Assembly: GCA_020025875.1 (NCBI GenBank) | Contig: JAHHRI010000004.1 | Location: 125 to 64,124 of the forward strand | Length of the DNA: 64,000 bases | Direction: 5' to 3' | From: Alphaproteobacteria bacterium | GTDB taxonomy: Bacteria; Pseudomonadota; Alphaproteobacteria; RF32; CAG-239 | Shown here: positions 17,432-28,559 of the stretch, one piece after another | Numbering within the stretch: the first letter of the stretch is position 1 | Layout: every line of letters starts with the position of its first letter | The notes under the pieces: model-generated | The model's input: only the letters and a program-made list of their open reading frames with translations | The model's database searches: none | What the model was told of the DNA's origin: nothing | Made by a program: the position numbers and the translations under genes

Positions 17432-19990
17432 ATGGATAAATTTTATTCTTTATTGCAAACCGGTGTTTCGGCGATTGCGTTGTGTTGTATGGCCGGTACT
17501 GTTTTTGCGGCAGATGTCACCAGCGAAGACGAGTTGAAAAATGCTTTGCAAAACGGCAGCGATGCGACTCTGAGCGATGATATCCTGTTGACCGGAAATT
17601 TGCCGGAAGCGGCAGCCGGTGACTTTAAGATCAACGGCAATATGCATACATTGTCGGGGAAAGTAGATGTCAATGCCGAAGGCGAAGAAGAAAAACCAAG
17701 TGTCGGCGGTTTTATAATCGGTGCCGGAGCAAAAGCAAATTTTTCTGATTTGAACGTCAAAAAATTGAAACAAGCTATTGCCAATAGTGGTACCATTGGC
17801 ACGATTGATAACGTGACATTTGAAAATAATCTTGTTGAAACGGATGCGGCAGACGCCAAAGGGGGAGCGATTGCCAACAGCGGCACGATCGGTACCATTT
17901 CGAATTCCGTTTTCCGCGGTAACTCGGCAGTTGCCCAAGGCGGAAATGCATACGGTGGGGCTATTGCAAATTTCGGCGGTAAAGAATTAACGCTGATCAA
18001 TACCAGTTTTTACGACAACGTTGTTCAGATAAATCCCGATCCGGCGGCTGCCGGTGGTGAACAAGCTTTTACAGCGGTCGGCGGTGCGGTTTATTCAAAT
18101 GGTAATTTGAATATTATTGCTCGTGGTCAAGATGTTGTCTTTTCCGGCAATCATGCATCAATTCCGTCATCCGGAGAGGATGAAAACGGCGATTCCGGAG
18201 AAGGTGGCGGTTCCGGAGAAAACGAAGGATCTGGCGGCGGATCGGAAGGGGATGGTGAAAATGCAGAAGCCCCTCAGCTGCCGGCAGAAGGCGGTTATGC
18301 CTTCGGTTTGATGGACGACGGCGATGAAGGCGGCGAAGGCGGCGAGGAAAAAGATGTTGTTATGAAATATGTCAGCAGCGCTATTGCCATGGACGGCGGT
18401 GTTCTCAATTTGGAAACCGATGGCGGACGCATCATTATTGATGACGACATTGTCAGCGTCAATTCTTTGTTTGATCTTAATATCAGAGGCAACGATGAAG
18501 TGGTGTTTAATCGCTCGGTTGAAGGGGTTAAAAATTTTGTTTTGGACAACTCTTTCCTTACGTTGGGAAGAGGGGCTTCTTTGTCGGTTAAAAAATATAC
18601 GGCAAAAGATGAAGCTCAGTTGACGGTTACGGTTAATCCGGATGAAAAGACAGCCTCCAAGCTGATTGTGAACGGTGACGTGGTCGGAACGACAAAAGTG
18701 GTGGTTCAGACAACCTCGGCAACGGTTTTGGGCGCGGAAGATTCTATCTTGTTTGTTATTGCCGATGCGGATAACAGAGACACGGCAGCCGATTTTGTTG
18801 TGTACCGCGTGTACGGCAGTCCGTATATGTGGAAATCTGAATATCGGGCACAAAGCGATGATGAAGGTGAGGAAGGAGGAGCTCCGTCAAACGGCGGCGG
18901 CGCGGGAGTGGTGCCTGCTCCCAAAGATGATACGGGCGGATCTGCTCCCGGCAACACTGAGGGAGGAGAAGGCTCCGAAAACGGAGGGTTTAACGGATGG
19001 TATCTGACGATGACCGGCGAATCTAATCCCGATTTTCGTCCGATGGCACCGGAAATTGCCTCGTTCTTGGCTCTGCACAGTGCGGCATTAGAACAAAATC
19101 GCGGTGTGATGAGCAGTGTGCGCAACTCTGTCGGGGTTAACAAGTTTTTGTTAAAGCGGTATGGTTTCCTGTATGAGGACGGCTATCGAACCAAAGCTGT
19201 TTCTCATTTGTGGGTTAACCCAGTCTATCGTTATGTTCAGGTCAGCGCGCCGCAGGAATGGGACGCGACCATTGCGGGCTTTGATGCGGGGCTTGATCTG
19301 CAAAGCGACGCTTCAAACAAGTTGGGTGTGTTCGGTTCTTATCGTTACGGTACTTACAGTGTCGGTAAAAACGGTTATTTTAAGGCCAATATGGACAGTG
19401 AACTTGAAATATCCAGCTTTTTGCTCGGTTTGTATTACCGCTACGACTACAACAATTTTTGGACTTTTGCGACGGCGTATACCGGAACGCAGCACGCGGA
19501 GCTTGAAACGGACGATCATCTGAAAACCGAAGCGGACGGTAGGCAGTATAGCGCGGGAATCGAGATGGGTTATGCTTTTATTCCGGGGCAAAATTGGACT
19601 TTGGAGCCGAGTTTGGGCGTGTTTTACAGCGGTATCGACTATGATGACATGAAAGACGAATATGGTAAGAGTGCAGAATATTCGATGCTGCATCAGGTTG
19701 AAGGTGAATTTGCTGTTAAACTGGAAAGAACGTACGAACATGTCTATGGTTACAGCAAGCTATACATTAAACCGAGTGTGATCCAGACGGTTAACTTCGG
19801 AAATGAAGTGAAGATCACTCACCTCGGCACGGTGGATACGCTGGAAGATCAAACGCTGGGACGGATTGAACTGGGCGGTCGTTATGCGCTTGACAACAAA
19901 ATGAGCCTGTTCGGTTATATCAACTATACGACAGGCAGCGACTATAATGACGTTGCCGCTGGTCTCGGCTTTAATTATCGCTGGTATTAA
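17432..19990 (+). CDS. autotransporter outer-membrane protein with Pmp-type (GGA[ILV]/FxxN) passenger repeats
   Basis: 852 aa. Signal peptide (..ALCCMAGTVFAADV). Repeated GGAIANSGTIGTI.N..F..N and GGAVYSNG...FSGN units. Three acidic Gly-rich low-complexity linkers. C-terminal beta-barrel ending ..GLGFNYRWY. Confidence 0.85.
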   Translation: MDKFYSLLQTGVSAIALCCMAGTVFAADVTSEDELKNALQNGSDATLSDDILLTGNLPEAAAGDFKINGNMHTLSGKVDVNAEGEEEKPSVGGFIIGAGAKANFSDLNVKKLKQAIANSGTIGTIDNVTFENNLVETDAADAKGGAIANSGTIGTISNSVFRGNSAVAQGGNAYGGAIANFGGKELTLINTSFYDNVVQINPDPAAAGGEQAFTAVGGAVYSNGNLNIIARGQDVVFSGNHASIPSSGEDENGDSGEGGGSGENEGSGGGSEGDGENAEAPQLPAEGGYAFGLMDDGDEGGEGGEEKDVVMKYVSSAIAMDGGVLNLETDGGRIIIDDDIVSVNSLFDLNIRGNDEVVFNRSVEGVKNFVLDNSFLTLGRGASLSVKKYTAKDEAQLTVTVNPDEKTASKLIVNGDVVGTTKVVVQTTSATVLGAEDSILFVIADADNRDTAADFVVYRVYGSPYMWKSEYRAQSDDEGEEGGAPSNGGGAGVVPAPKDDTGGSAPGNTEGGEGSENGGFNGWYLTMTGESNPDFRPMAPEIASFLALHSAALEQNRGVMSSVRNSVGVNKFLLKRYGFLYEDGYRTKAVSHLWVNPVYRYVQVSAPQEWDATIAGFDAGLDLQSDASNKLGVFGSYRYGTYSVGKNGYFKANMDSELEISSFLLGLYYRYDYNNFWTFATAYTGTQHAELETDDHLKTEADGRQYSAGIEMGYAFIPGQNWTLEPSLGVFYSGIDYDDMKDEYGKSAEYSMLHQVEGEFAVKLERTYEHVYGYSKLYIKPSVIQTVNFGNEVKITHLGTVDTLEDQTLGRIELGGRYALDNKMSLFGYINYTTGSDYNDVAAGLGFNYRWY

Positions 19991-20030
19991 GGCTTTGTGC
20001 CCGCGTTATTTGTAAGCAAGAAAGGGGTTC

Positions 20031-20063
20031 GGAATGAACTCCTTTCTTTTTTTGGCGCCAAAT
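20031..20063 (+). terminator. intrinsic terminator after the autotransporter gene
   Basis: 10-bp stem AAAGGGGTTC/GAACTCCTTT (one wobble), loop GGAAT, then a T-run. Confidence 0.7.
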
Positions 20064-20268
20064 TTTCTGTGCTTAAAAAATATGCGGCTGAAGGCGGGCG
20101 TTTGGGAATGATTTTTTGGAGAGGTTAAGGGTGATCTCCGACGGTTTTTATCAGGTAAAATTTTTGTCGTTTTTTTATGTCGAAAGTTAATGGGTGAATT
20201 TGACTCAACAAGAGTCTGAGCAAGCGATTTGTTGTTTGTAAAAAATTGAAAAAAAAGTAATTTTTTAC

Positions 20269-20297
20269 TTGCAAAGTTGGTTTGCTTATGTTACAAA
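20269..20297 (+). promoter_or_regulatory. candidate sigma70-type promoter of the S10 operon with A/T-rich UP-like element
   Basis: TTGCAA-17 nt-TACAAA, preceded by AAAAAATTGAAAAAAAAGTAATTTTTTA. The -10 is imperfect and nothing has been tested. Confidence 0.3.
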
Positions 20298-20401
20298 ACG
20301 CTCACGTTAACCGGCGCAAAAGGCGGGAGTCTGCCTGTCGGTTGTCATAAGAAATATCCCGCAGTCCTTGAGTTGCAAGGTTCTGCATAAGGTTAATTTT
20401 T

Positions 20402-20441
20402 TAGATGGCAAGATTGGCGCAGGCCGAATTGTTGCCATCTA
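20402..20441 (+). promoter_or_regulatory. 5'-UTR stem-loop immediately upstream of the rpsJ RBS
   Basis: Perfect 10-bp stem TAGATGGCAA/TTGCCATCTA with a 20-nt loop, 22 nt before the rpsJ ATG. It could be an L4-type leader element, but this is unproven. Confidence 0.35.
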
Positions 20442-20463
20442 GTTATAGGAAAAGTAATTTGAA

Positions 20464-20775
20464 ATGATGGATACACAAAACATAAGAATTCGCCTCAAGG
20501 CTTTTGATCATCGTCTGCTCGATTTGTCGACTAAGGAAATTGTTCATACGGCCAAAAGAACCGGGGCAAACGTAAGAGGACCGATCCCTCTGCCGACAAG
20601 AATTGAGAAGTTTACGGTCAATCGTTCTCCGCACGTAGATAAAAAATCTCGCGAGCAGTTCGAAATCAGAACTCATAAGAGACTTCTTGATATTGTCGAT
20701 CCGACACCGCAAACCGTAGATGCTTTGATGAAACTCGATCTGGCTGCCGGTGTTAACGTTGAAATCAAACTGTAA
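20464..20775 (+). CDS. rpsJ: 30S ribosomal protein S10
   Basis: 103 aa with ..[22 protein letters not shown].. and a conserved C-terminus. Confidence 0.97.
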   Translation: MMDTQNIRIRLKAFDHRLLDLSTKEIVHTAKRTGANVRGPIPLPTRIEKFTVNRSPHVDKKSREQFEIRTHKRLLDIVDPTPQTVDALMKLDLAAGVNVEIKL

Positions 20776-20873
20776 TTGTTTTTTTAAGCAAAAATAATTA
20801 CCCGTAAATTAAAAGCAATGTTGGCTTTCGTGAAATATGGGAGGTCAACCAATTGAAAAAGGAAAATAAAATA

Positions 20874-21593
20874 ATGCGTACTGGTTTAATCGCAAAAAAA
20901 CTGGGGATGTCTCGCATTTTTGAGGCTAACGGAACCCATGTGCCGGTTACGGTTCTTTCCGTAGACAACCTGCAGGTTGTTGATGTTAGAACGATGGATC
21001 GGGACGGGTATGTTGCTGTTCAGTTGGGCAGCGGCGCCGTTAAGGCCAAAAATGTGTCGAAGGCAATGAAAGGTCATTTTGCCAAGGCAAATGTTGAGCC
21101 AAAGAAAAAATTGGGTGAGTTTAGAGTTTCCGAAGACTGCCTGCTCTCGGTAGGAGCGGAGTTGTCCGTGGAGCATTTTGTCCCCGGTCAATATGTTGAT
21201 GTGTGTGCCACTTCTATCGGTAAAGGTTTTGCCGGTGTTATGAAACGCCACAACTTTGCCGGTCTGGAAGCCAGCCACGGTGTATCTGTTTCTCACCGTT
21301 CTCATGGTTCTACAGGTCAAAGACAAGATCCCGGTCGAGTATTCAAGGGTAAGAAAATGGCAGGCCATATGGGTGCCGAGCGCGTAACCGTTCAGAATTT
21401 GAAAGTGGTTGCCGTTGATGCCGAAAAAGGCCTGATTATGGTCAAAGGCGGCGTGCCGGGTTGTGAAAACGCATGGGTTCGGATTACCGACGCTGTCAAG
21501 AAAAGCAGCAATGTCGAACTGCCGATGCCCGCTGGTTTGAAAAAAGTTGATGAACCTGTTGCAGTTAAAGCTGAAACAGCTGATAATGCTTAA
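20874..21593 (+). CDS. rplC: 50S ribosomal protein L3
   Basis: Starts [16 protein letters not shown].. at ATG 20874. The track's TTG at 20853 is less likely. Confidence 0.96.
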   Translation: MRTGLIAKKLGMSRIFEANGTHVPVTVLSVDNLQVVDVRTMDRDGYVAVQLGSGAVKAKNVSKAMKGHFAKANVEPKKKLGEFRVSEDCLLSVGAELSVEHFVPGQYVDVCATSIGKGFAGVMKRHNFAGLEASHGVSVSHRSHGSTGQRQDPGRVFKGKKMAGHMGAERVTVQNLKVVAVDAEKGLIMVKGGVPGCENAWVRITDAVKKSSNVELPMPAGLKKVDEPVAVKAETADNA

Positions 21594-21612
21594 AGGATAA
21601 AGGATAGAAGTT

Positions 21613-22233
21613 ATGAAACAGGACATCTTAAGTTTAGAAAATAAAAATGTCGGCACCATTGAGCTGAACGAATCGATTTTCGGTTTGGAAGTTCGTGCAG
21701 ATATTTTGCAACGGGTTGTAAGATGGCAGTTGGCCAAAATGCAAGCCGGTACCCACAAAACTAAAGGGCGCTCCGAAGTTGCTCTGACACCTGCCAAACC
21801 TTTCAAACAGAAAGGAAGCGGCAATGCACGTCAGGGTTCACGCAAGGGCACTCAGTTTAGAAAGGGTGGAATCGTGTTTGGTCCGGTTGTTCGTGACCAT
21901 TCGCATGATTTGACCAAGAAATTTAGAAAGCTTGGTCTTAAAACAGCTCTCTCGGCCAAGGCTAAAGAGGGCAGCCTCGTTATCGTTGATGAGGCCAAGT
22001 TGAACAGTCCGAAAACCAAAGACTTGGAAGCTAAGCTCCGTCTTTGCGGGCTCACCAACTGCCTGTTCGTTGACGGACAAGAGGTTGATATTAATTTTGC
22101 ATTGGCTTCTCGTAATATTCTCGGCGTAGACGTCTTGCCGGCAATCGGTGCCAATGTGTATGACATCTTAAGAAAAGACAAATTGGTGTTGACTAAAGAT
22201 GCCGTCAGTTGCTTGGAGGAAAGATTGAAATGA
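21613..22233 (+). CDS. rplD: 50S ribosomal protein L4
   Basis: 206 aa with ..[11 protein letters not shown].. motif, in S10 operon order. Confidence 0.96.
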   Translation: MKQDILSLENKNVGTIELNESIFGLEVRADILQRVVRWQLAKMQAGTHKTKGRSEVALTPAKPFKQKGSGNARQGSRKGTQFRKGGIVFGPVVRDHSHDLTKKFRKLGLKTALSAKAKEGSLVIVDEAKLNSPKTKDLEAKLRLCGLTNCLFVDGQEVDINFALASRNILGVDVLPAIGANVYDILRKDKLVLTKDAVSCLEERLK

Positions 22234-22547
22234 GTAAAAACGAGAAAACCAACAATGTAACTGCGCAGATGTACGATACACTGCTTCGTCCGGTAATCAC
22301 CGAAAAATCGATGCTTTCGAGCGAAGCCGGAAAAATTGTTTTCCGTGTTCCGTTAGAAGCTTCCAAAGACGAGATCAAGGCTGCTGTTGAAGCTATCTTC
22401 AACGTCAAAGTAACCAAGGTGAATACCATTCGTCAGGCTGGCAAGACCAAAAGATTCAGAAACAATCTGGGACGTCGTTCCGATTTTAAGAAGGCTTTGG
22501 TTACTCTTGCCGATGGTCAAAATATTGATGTTACAACAGGAATTTAA
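22230..22547 (+). CDS. rplW: 50S ribosomal protein L23
   Basis: ATGA overlap with the rplD stop. Contains ..[10 protein letters not shown]... Confidence 0.94.
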   Translation: MSKNEKTNNVTAQMYDTLLRPVITEKSMLSSEAGKIVFRVPLEASKDEIKAAVEAIFNVKVTKVNTIRQAGKTKRFRNNLGRRSDFKKALVTLADGQNIDVTTGI

Positions 22548-22550
22548 AAA

Positions 22551-23384
22551 ATGGTGTTAAAAACATATAAGCCCACGTCTCCCGGACTTCGGCAGTTGGT
22601 CATCGTTGACAGATCAGAACTGTACAAAGGAGCTCCTGAAAAGTCTTTGACAATCGGTCTTACTAAGACCGGTGGGCGTGATAATTTCGGACATGTTACA
22701 AGTCGGAGAAAGGGCGGCGGACATAAACGCAAGCTCAGAATTATCGACTTTAGACGTAATAAATTTGATGTTGAGGCAACTGTCGAGAGAATAGAATATG
22801 ATCCGAACCGTTCCGCTTTCATTGCGTTGATCTGCTATGAAGATGGCGAGAAGTCCTATATTCTGGCTCCGCAGAGATTGAAAGCCGGCGACAAAATTAT
22901 ATCGGCTGCCAAAGCTGATATTAAGCCGGGCAATGCCATGCCTCTTAAGAATATGCCGGTCGGTACCATTATTCACAACGTTGAGCTGCGTTCGGGCAAG
23001 GGCGGACAGTTGGTTCGTTCGGCCGGTTGCTATGCTCAGGTTGTCGGTAAAGACGGCGGTTATGCTCAGTTAAAACTGAGTTCCGGCGAATTGAGAGTTG
23101 TTCGCGAAGAGTGTTTGGCAACGGTTGGCGCCGTTTCCAATCCGGACAATCAGAACAAATCTCTCGGCAAAGCCGGTCGCACTCGTTGGCTGGGACTGCG
23201 TCCTGTTTCCCGCGGTGTTGCCATGAACCCTGTCGATCACCCGATGGGTGGTGGTGAAGGCCGTACTTCGGGCGGACGTCATCCGACCACGCCGTGGGGC
23301 AAACCGACTAAGGGCGGAAAGACTCGTTCTAACAAAAAGACGGATCGCTTTATTATGAGATCACGTCGCGACAATAAGAAATAA
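22551..23384 (+). CDS. rplB: 50S ribosomal protein L2
   Basis: 277 aa with ..[22 protein letters not shown]... Confidence 0.97.
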   Translation: MVLKTYKPTSPGLRQLVIVDRSELYKGAPEKSLTIGLTKTGGRDNFGHVTSRRKGGGHKRKLRIIDFRRNKFDVEATVERIEYDPNRSAFIALICYEDGEKSYILAPQRLKAGDKIISAAKADIKPGNAMPLKNMPVGTIIHNVELRSGKGGQLVRSAGCYAQVVGKDGGYAQLKLSSGELRVVREECLATVGAVSNPDNQNKSLGKAGRTRWLGLRPVSRGVAMNPVDHPMGGGEGRTSGGRHPTTPWGKPTKGGKTRSNKKTDRFIMRSRRDNKK

Positions 23385-23399
23385 TAAGGAGATAAGCTA

Positions 23400-23678
23400 A
23401 TGACACGTTCAGTTTGGAAAGGACCGTTTGTTGATGGATATCTTCTGAAGAAAGCAGACGCAGCCAGAGCTTCGGGCAGAAACGAAGTAATTAAAATCTG
23501 GTCGCGCAGATCCACCATGTTGCCGCAGTTTGTCGGTTTGACATTTGGTGTTCACAATGGTCATAAGTTTATCCCGGTTCTCGTTACCGAAGATATGGTC
23601 GGCCACAAATTCGGTGAATTTGCCCCGACGCGCGTATTTTACGGTCACGCTGCCGATAAGAAAGCTAAGAGGAGTTAG
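23400..23678 (+). CDS. rpsS: 30S ribosomal protein S19
   Basis: 92 aa starting [12 protein letters not shown].., with ..HNGHKFIPV... Confidence 0.97.
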   Translation: MTRSVWKGPFVDGYLLKKADAARASGRNEVIKIWSRRSTMLPQFVGLTFGVHNGHKFIPVLVTEDMVGHKFGEFAPTRVFYGHAADKKAKRS

Positions 23679-23680
23679 TG

Positions 23681-24055
23681 ATGGGAAAGTCTAAAGATAC
23701 AAGAAGACTGCAGGCAAATCAGGCTCAGGCCGTTTGCAATGCGCTGCGGACGAGCCCTCGCAAGCTTAATCTGGTTGCCGAATCGATCCGCGGATTGGCT
23801 GTTGAAAAGGCTGTTGCTGAGCTTACTTTCTCAAAGAAGAGAATTGCAAAGTCGGTTTTGAAAGTTTTGCAGTCGGCGATTGCAAATGCTGAAAACAATC
23901 ATCAGTTAAACATTGATAAGCTTTTTGTTAGTGAAGCTTATTGCGGAAAAGGTTTGGTAATGAAACGCATGCACGCAAGAGGTCGCGGCAGAGGAGCAAG
24001 AGTTTTGAAACCTTTCTCCAACATTACTATTGTTGTAACCGAGCGTCAGGAGTAA
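23681..24055 (+). CDS. rplV: 50S ribosomal protein L22
   Basis: 124 aa from ATG 23681 (GTG 23678 is possible). Contains ..[14 protein letters not shown]... Confidence 0.95.
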   Translation: MGKSKDTRRLQANQAQAVCNALRTSPRKLNLVAESIRGLAVEKAVAELTFSKKRIAKSVLKVLQSAIANAENNHQLNIDKLFVSEAYCGKGLVMKRMHARGRGRGARVLKPFSNITIVVTERQE

Positions 24056-24059
24056 GTTG

Positions 24060-24728
24060 ATGGGACAGAAAGCAAATCCTACAAGTCTTCGTTTGGGTGT
24101 CAACCGTACATGGGATTCCCGTTGGTATGCCGACGATAACTATGCCGGTTACCTGCATGAAGACGTTAAAATTAAAGAATTCTTGAAAAAGAAACTGGCT
24201 CAGGCCGGCATCAGCAGAATCGTCATTGAACGTCCTGCGAAGAAGGCCAGAGTTACCATTCACTCGGCAAGGCCTGGTGTTGTTATCGGTAAAAAAGGTC
24301 AGGATATTGAAGCTTTGAGAAAAGAAATTCAATCGATGACCGCTTCCGAAGTTCAGCTGAACATTTTGGAAGTTAGAAAACCGGAACTGGATGCACAACT
24401 GGTTGCAGACAGCGTTGCTCAGCAGTTGGAAAGACGTGTGGCTTTCCGTCGCGCCATGAAACGCGTTATGCAGTCGGCCCTGCGTCTTGGAGCCGAAGGA
24501 ATTAAAGTAAGCTGCTCAGGTCGTTTGGGCGGTGCGGAAATTGCCAGAACCGAACATTATCGGGAAGGGCGGGTTCCATTGCACACCCTGCGTGCCGATA
24601 TTGATTATGCAACTTCAACGGCTCATACCACTTATGGTGCTTGCGGTGTAAAAGTTTGGATCTACAAAGGTGAGATTATGGCTCACGATCCAATGGCCCA
24701 AGACAAGAAGTTGGCTGAACAAAAGTAA
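24060..24728 (+). CDS. rpsC: 30S ribosomal protein S3
   Basis: Starts [13 protein letters not shown].. and carries a KH domain. ATG 24060 is chosen (TTG 24057 is possible). Confidence 0.96.
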   Translation: MGQKANPTSLRLGVNRTWDSRWYADDNYAGYLHEDVKIKEFLKKKLAQAGISRIVIERPAKKARVTIHSARPGVVIGKKGQDIEALRKEIQSMTASEVQLNILEVRKPELDAQLVADSVAQQLERRVAFRRAMKRVMQSALRLGAEGIKVSCSGRLGGAEIARTEHYREGRVPLHTLRADIDYATSTAHTTYGACGVKVWIYKGEIMAHDPMAQDKKLAEQK

Positions 24729-24747
24729 ACATTGAGGTTTAAGTAAA

Positions 24748-25176
24748 ATGTTAAGTCCAAAAAGATTAAAATTCCGCAAGCAGCACAAAGGCCGTATCCA
24801 CGGTCTGACAAAGGGCGGCGCGGAACTGAGTTTCGGTACATATGGATTGAAAGCTCTGACACCGGATCGCATTACGGCACGCCAGATTGAAGCTGCGCGT
24901 CGTGCGATTACCCGTGAAATGAAAAGAGCCGGAAGAGTATGGATCCGAATTTTTCCGGATGTGCCGGTATCTGATAAACCTGCCGAAGTTCGTATGGGCA
25001 AAGGTAAGGGTTCGATTGAATACTGGTGCGCCAGAGTGCACCCCGGTCGGATTATGTTTGAAATCGACGGCGTGAGTGAGGAAGTTGCCCGCACGGCTTT
25101 TGCCTTGGGCGCAGCCAAACTCCCGATTAAAACAAAATTCGTCAAACGTCTTAATTCTGACCAAGGAGTAGCATAA
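24748..25176 (+). CDS. rplP: 50S ribosomal protein L16
   Basis: 142 aa starting [16 protein letters not shown]... Confidence 0.97.
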   Translation: MLSPKRLKFRKQHKGRIHGLTKGGAELSFGTYGLKALTPDRITARQIEAARRAITREMKRAGRVWIRIFPDVPVSDKPAEVRMGKGKGSIEYWCARVHPGRIMFEIDGVSEEVARTAFALGAAKLPIKTKFVKRLNSDQGVA

Positions 25177-25177
25177 G

Positions 25178-25375
25178 ATGGCAAAAATAAAAGATCTTCG
25201 CAGCATGACGGCTGACGAGTTGGAAGCTAAATTGGTTGAAGCCAAAAAGGAACAGTTCAACCTGCGTATTCAGCAGTCTACCGGACAATTGCAGAACACA
25301 GCAAATGTCAAAAAAGTTCGCCGCGAAATTGCAAAAATCAACACGCTTTTAACCGAGCGTAAGAAGAATAGTTAG
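25178..25375 (+). CDS. rpmC: 50S ribosomal protein L29
   Basis: 65 aa with ..[21 protein letters not shown]... Confidence 0.95.
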   Translation: MAKIKDLRSMTADELEAKLVEAKKEQFNLRIQQSTGQLQNTANVKKVRREIAKINTLLTERKKNS

Positions 25376-25386
25376 GAGAAAAAGCT

Positions 25387-25626
25387 ATGCCTAAAAGAAT
25401 TCTTCAAGGTGTTGTTGTAAGTGATAAACAGGACAAGACCGTGGTCGTTAAAGTTGAACGTCAGGTTATGCATCCGGTTTATAAGAAATTCATCAAGAAA
25501 AGCAAAAAGTATGCCGCTCATGATGAAAACAACCAGTTCAAAATTGGTGATGAAGTTAGAATTATTGAGGCCAAGCCTTATTCTAAGACCAAGACTTGGA
25601 CCGTGTTAGTTGATAACGCCGAATAG
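25387..25626 (+). CDS. rpsQ: 30S ribosomal protein S17
   Basis: 79 aa starting [21 protein letters not shown]... Confidence 0.96.
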   Translation: MPKRILQGVVVSDKQDKTVVVKVERQVMHPVYKKFIKKSKKYAAHDENNQFKIGDEVRIIEAKPYSKTKTWTVLVDNAE

Positions 25627-25641
25627 AGAAGGAAGAGAAAA

Positions 25642-26010
25642 ATGATACAAATGCAAACCAACCTGGATGTTGCAGACAACTCAGGAGCACGTCAGGTGCA
25701 GTGCATAAAGGTTCTTGGCGGTTCTAAGAGAATGCACGCGACTGTCGGAGACATAATCGTCGTATCGATTAAGGAAGCATTGCCGAAGGGACGCGTTAAG
25801 AAAGGCGATGTCCACAAAGCCGTTATCGTTCGCACTGCAAGCGACATTCGCCGCAAAGACGGATCAGTCATTCGTTTTGACAGCAATGCCGCGGTTCTGA
25901 TCAACAAAGACGGTGAGCCGATCGGCACCCGTATTTTTGGCCCTGTGACCAGAGAATTGCGTGCAAAGAAATTTATGAAAATAATTTCATTAGCGCCGGA
26001 GGTATTATAA
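25642..26010 (+). CDS. rplN: 50S ribosomal protein L14
   Basis: 122 aa starting [17 protein letters not shown]... Confidence 0.97.
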   Translation: MIQMQTNLDVADNSGARQVQCIKVLGGSKRMHATVGDIIVVSIKEALPKGRVKKGDVHKAVIVRTASDIRRKDGSVIRFDSNAAVLINKDGEPIGTRIFGPVTRELRAKKFMKIISLAPEVL

Positions 26011-26330
26011 TGAACCTTAAGTTGAAAGTAAAAAAAGGTGATCAGGTTATTGTATTGTCGGGTGACGACAAAGGCAAAACCGGAGAGGTCATGAAAGCTA
26101 TGCCGAAAGAAGGCAAAGTCGTTGTTCAAGGTGTCAATCTGGTTAAAAGACACACCAAGCCCAGCCAGACATCTGCAGGGGGCATTATCACCAAAGAAGC
26201 GCCGATTCACGTTTCCAATGTGGCTTTGGTTGATTCTCAGTCCGGAAAAGCAACTAAGGTCGGATATAAGGAAGAAAATGGCCGTAAGGTTCGTTTTGCC
26301 CGTAAATCCGGTGAAGTAATCGATAAATAA
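26010..26330 (+). CDS. rplX: 50S ribosomal protein L24
   Basis: TAATG overlap with rplN. KOW motif ..[20 protein letters not shown]... Confidence 0.96.
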   Translation: MNLKLKVKKGDQVIVLSGDDKGKTGEVMKAMPKEGKVVVQGVNLVKRHTKPSQTSAGGIITKEAPIHVSNVALVDSQSGKATKVGYKEENGRKVRFARKSGEVIDK

Positions 26331-26342
26331 GGGATCAGATTG

Positions 26343-26882
26343 ATGACAAATTTTGAAAAATTGTATAATGAGGTCATTAAGAAATCTCTCGTGGACAAAT
26401 TCGGTTACACCAATAGCCACGAGATTCCGAAGCTGACCAAAATCGTCCTTAACATGGGTGTCGGTGATGCCGTTATGGACAAGAAAAAACTCAACAATGC
26501 GGCAGAAGAAATGGGCATTATCGCCGGTCAAAAGCCGATTGTTACCAAAGCTCGCAAATCTATCGCTACCTTTAAGGTAAGAGAAGAAATGCCGATTGGC
26601 TGCAAAGTTACTCTGAGAAGAGAAAGAATGTACGAATTTTTGGAAAGACTGGTTAACATGGCTTTGCCGCGAATCAGAGATTTCCACGGCATTCAGGGCA
26701 AAAACTTTGACGGACGCGGCAATTTTGCGTTCGGCATTAAAGAGCAGATTATTTTTCCTGAAATCAACTATGAAAAAGTTGATGCCGTACGCGGTATGGA
26801 TATTGTTATCTGCACATCTGCCAAAACTGACGAAGAAGCCAAAGCGCTTCTGACCGGTTTCAACTTACCGATTAAGAATTAA
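26343..26882 (+). CDS. rplE: 50S ribosomal protein L5
   Basis: 179 aa with ..[11 protein letters not shown].. and ..GNFAFGI.EQ.IFPEI... Confidence 0.96.
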   Translation: MTNFEKLYNEVIKKSLVDKFGYTNSHEIPKLTKIVLNMGVGDAVMDKKKLNNAAEEMGIIAGQKPIVTKARKSIATFKVREEMPIGCKVTLRRERMYEFLERLVNMALPRIRDFHGIQGKNFDGRGNFAFGIKEQIIFPEINYEKVDAVRGMDIVICTSAKTDEEAKALLTGFNLPIKN

Positions 26883-26896
26883 GCGGAGATTTTACC

Positions 26897-27202
26897 ATGG
26901 CAAAAAAGAGTTCTATTTACAGAAACCTGAAAAGAATCCGTAAAGCCGAGAAGTTTGCTGCTGTTCGTGGCAAGTTGATCGCCGAGATTAAAGATAAGAA
27001 CACTTCTCCTGAAGAAAGATTCAAGAAAGTGTTAAAATTAGCCGAACTGCCTCGCAATTCGTCCAAGGTTCGCATTAAGAACCGTTGCGAAAATACGGGC
27101 CGTTCCCGTGGTGTTTACCGCAAGTTTAAGCTGTGCCGCAACGAACTGAGAAGAATGGCCAGCTTCGGTGAGATCCCCGGTTTAGTAAAATCCAGCTGGT
27201 AG
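26897..27202 (+). CDS. rpsN: 30S ribosomal protein S14 (long, non-zinc form)
   Basis: 101 aa with C-terminus ..[21 protein letters not shown]. Confidence 0.96.
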   Translation: MAKKSSIYRNLKRIRKAEKFAAVRGKLIAEIKDKNTSPEERFKKVLKLAELPRNSSKVRIKNRCENTGRSRGVYRKFKLCRNELRRMASFGEIPGLVKSSW

Positions 27203-27219
27203 TAGGAGGTTTTTAGATT

Positions 27220-27618
27220 ATGTCTATGTCTGATCCTTTGGGCGATATGCTCACACGCATTAGAAACGCACAAAGCGCGAAGAAAAAGGAAGTCGTTTCT
27301 CCTGCTTCTCGCTTGCGTGAAAATGTTTTAGAAGTTCTCAAAAAAGAGGGTTATATCCTCGGTTACGAAAAATACAACGTTCGTGCAGGTATTGATGAAC
27401 TTCGCATTCAGTTGAAGTACTTTGAAGGTGCTTCGGTTATTAACGAAATTTACCGTGTCTCTACACCGGGTCGTCGCGTTTATTCGAGTGTTAAAGACCT
27501 GCCGAGAGTGTACAACGGTCTGGGTATCTCGATCATTTCGACTCCTCAGGGCGTTATGAGCGACAATGAAGCCAGAAAGGCCAATGTCGGCGGTGAAATT
27601 CTTTGTCAAGTATTTTAG
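27220..27618 (+). CDS. rpsH: 30S ribosomal protein S8
   Basis: 132 aa with ..[13 protein letters not shown]... Confidence 0.96.
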   Translation: MSMSDPLGDMLTRIRNAQSAKKKEVVSPASRLRENVLEVLKKEGYILGYEKYNVRAGIDELRIQLKYFEGASVINEIYRVSTPGRRVYSSVKDLPRVYNGLGISIISTPQGVMSDNEARKANVGGEILCQVF

Positions 27619-27633
27619 TTAGGGGGAATTGGT

Positions 27634-28173
27634 ATGTCTAGAATTGGAAAATATCCAGTTATCGTCCCTGAAGGCGTTACCGTAACCATCGATGGCAATG
27701 TCGTCTCCGCCAAGGGTAAAAACGGCGAGTTGAAATTTGCTTTTGACAGCGGTATGGTCAATGCTAAATTGGAAGAAAACAAGGTTGTGGTTGCGCCTTT
27801 GCATCAGTCACAACAGGCCCGTGCTTTATGGGGAACGACCAGAGCCCAGATCAATTCGATTGTTAAAGGTGTAAGCGAAGGCTTTACCAAGCAGTTGGAA
27901 TTGATCGGCGTTGGTTATAAGGCCAGAATGGAAGGCAACAGCAAGTTGGTGCTTTCTCTCGGTTTTTCGCACGATGTTATCTTCAATGCCCCCGAAGGCA
28001 TTAAGATTACCTGCGTTTCGCCGACGCAGCTGACCGTTTTCGGCGCTGACAAGCAGCTGGTTGGTCAGGTTGCGGATAAAATTCGCGAGTATAGAAAACC
28101 CGAACCTTATAAGGGTAAAGGCGTAAGATATACCGGTCAGTACGTCCGTCGTAAAGAAGGCAAGAAGAAATAA
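27634..28173 (+). CDS. rplF: 50S ribosomal protein L6
   Basis: 179 aa starting [14 protein letters not shown].., with ..EPYKGKG.RY... Confidence 0.96.
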   Translation: MSRIGKYPVIVPEGVTVTIDGNVVSAKGKNGELKFAFDSGMVNAKLEENKVVVAPLHQSQQARALWGTTRAQINSIVKGVSEGFTKQLELIGVGYKARMEGNSKLVLSLGFSHDVIFNAPEGIKITCVSPTQLTVFGADKQLVGQVADKIREYRKPEPYKGKGVRYTGQYVRRKEGKKK

Positions 28174-28184
28174 GGAATAGTTTA

Positions 28185-28547
28185 ATGAATACGCCAAGAA
28201 AATTGTTTAAAAAGAGACAAGCTCGTGCGAGAACAGCTTTGAAAAACGTTGCTAACGGCAAGTTAAGATTGTCGGTTTTCCGCAGCGGTAAGCACATCTA
28301 TGCACAAATCATTGACGACATTAAAGGTGTGACTGTTGCTTCGGCCTCTACTTTGGATAAGGAAGTCAGAGAAAGCCTGAAGAAAACTTCAACCATTGAA
28401 GCAGCCGGTGTTATTGGTAAAACTGTTGCTGAGAGAGCCATTAAGTCGGGTGTAAGCGAAGTGGTCTTTGACCGCGGCGGTTACATTTTTCACGGTCGTG
28501 TCAAGGCCCTGGCTGATGCTGCTCGCGAAGCTGGTTTGAAATTTTAG
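28185..28547 (+). CDS. rplR: 50S ribosomal protein L18
   Basis: 120 aa with ..RL.VFRS.KHIYAQ.IDD.. and ..[23 protein letters not shown]. Confidence 0.96.
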   Translation: MNTPRKLFKKRQARARTALKNVANGKLRLSVFRSGKHIYAQIIDDIKGVTVASASTLDKEVRESLKKTSTIEAAGVIGKTVAERAIKSGVSEVVFDRGGYIFHGRVKALADAAREAGLKF

Positions 28548-28559
28548 GAGTAAAGAGAA

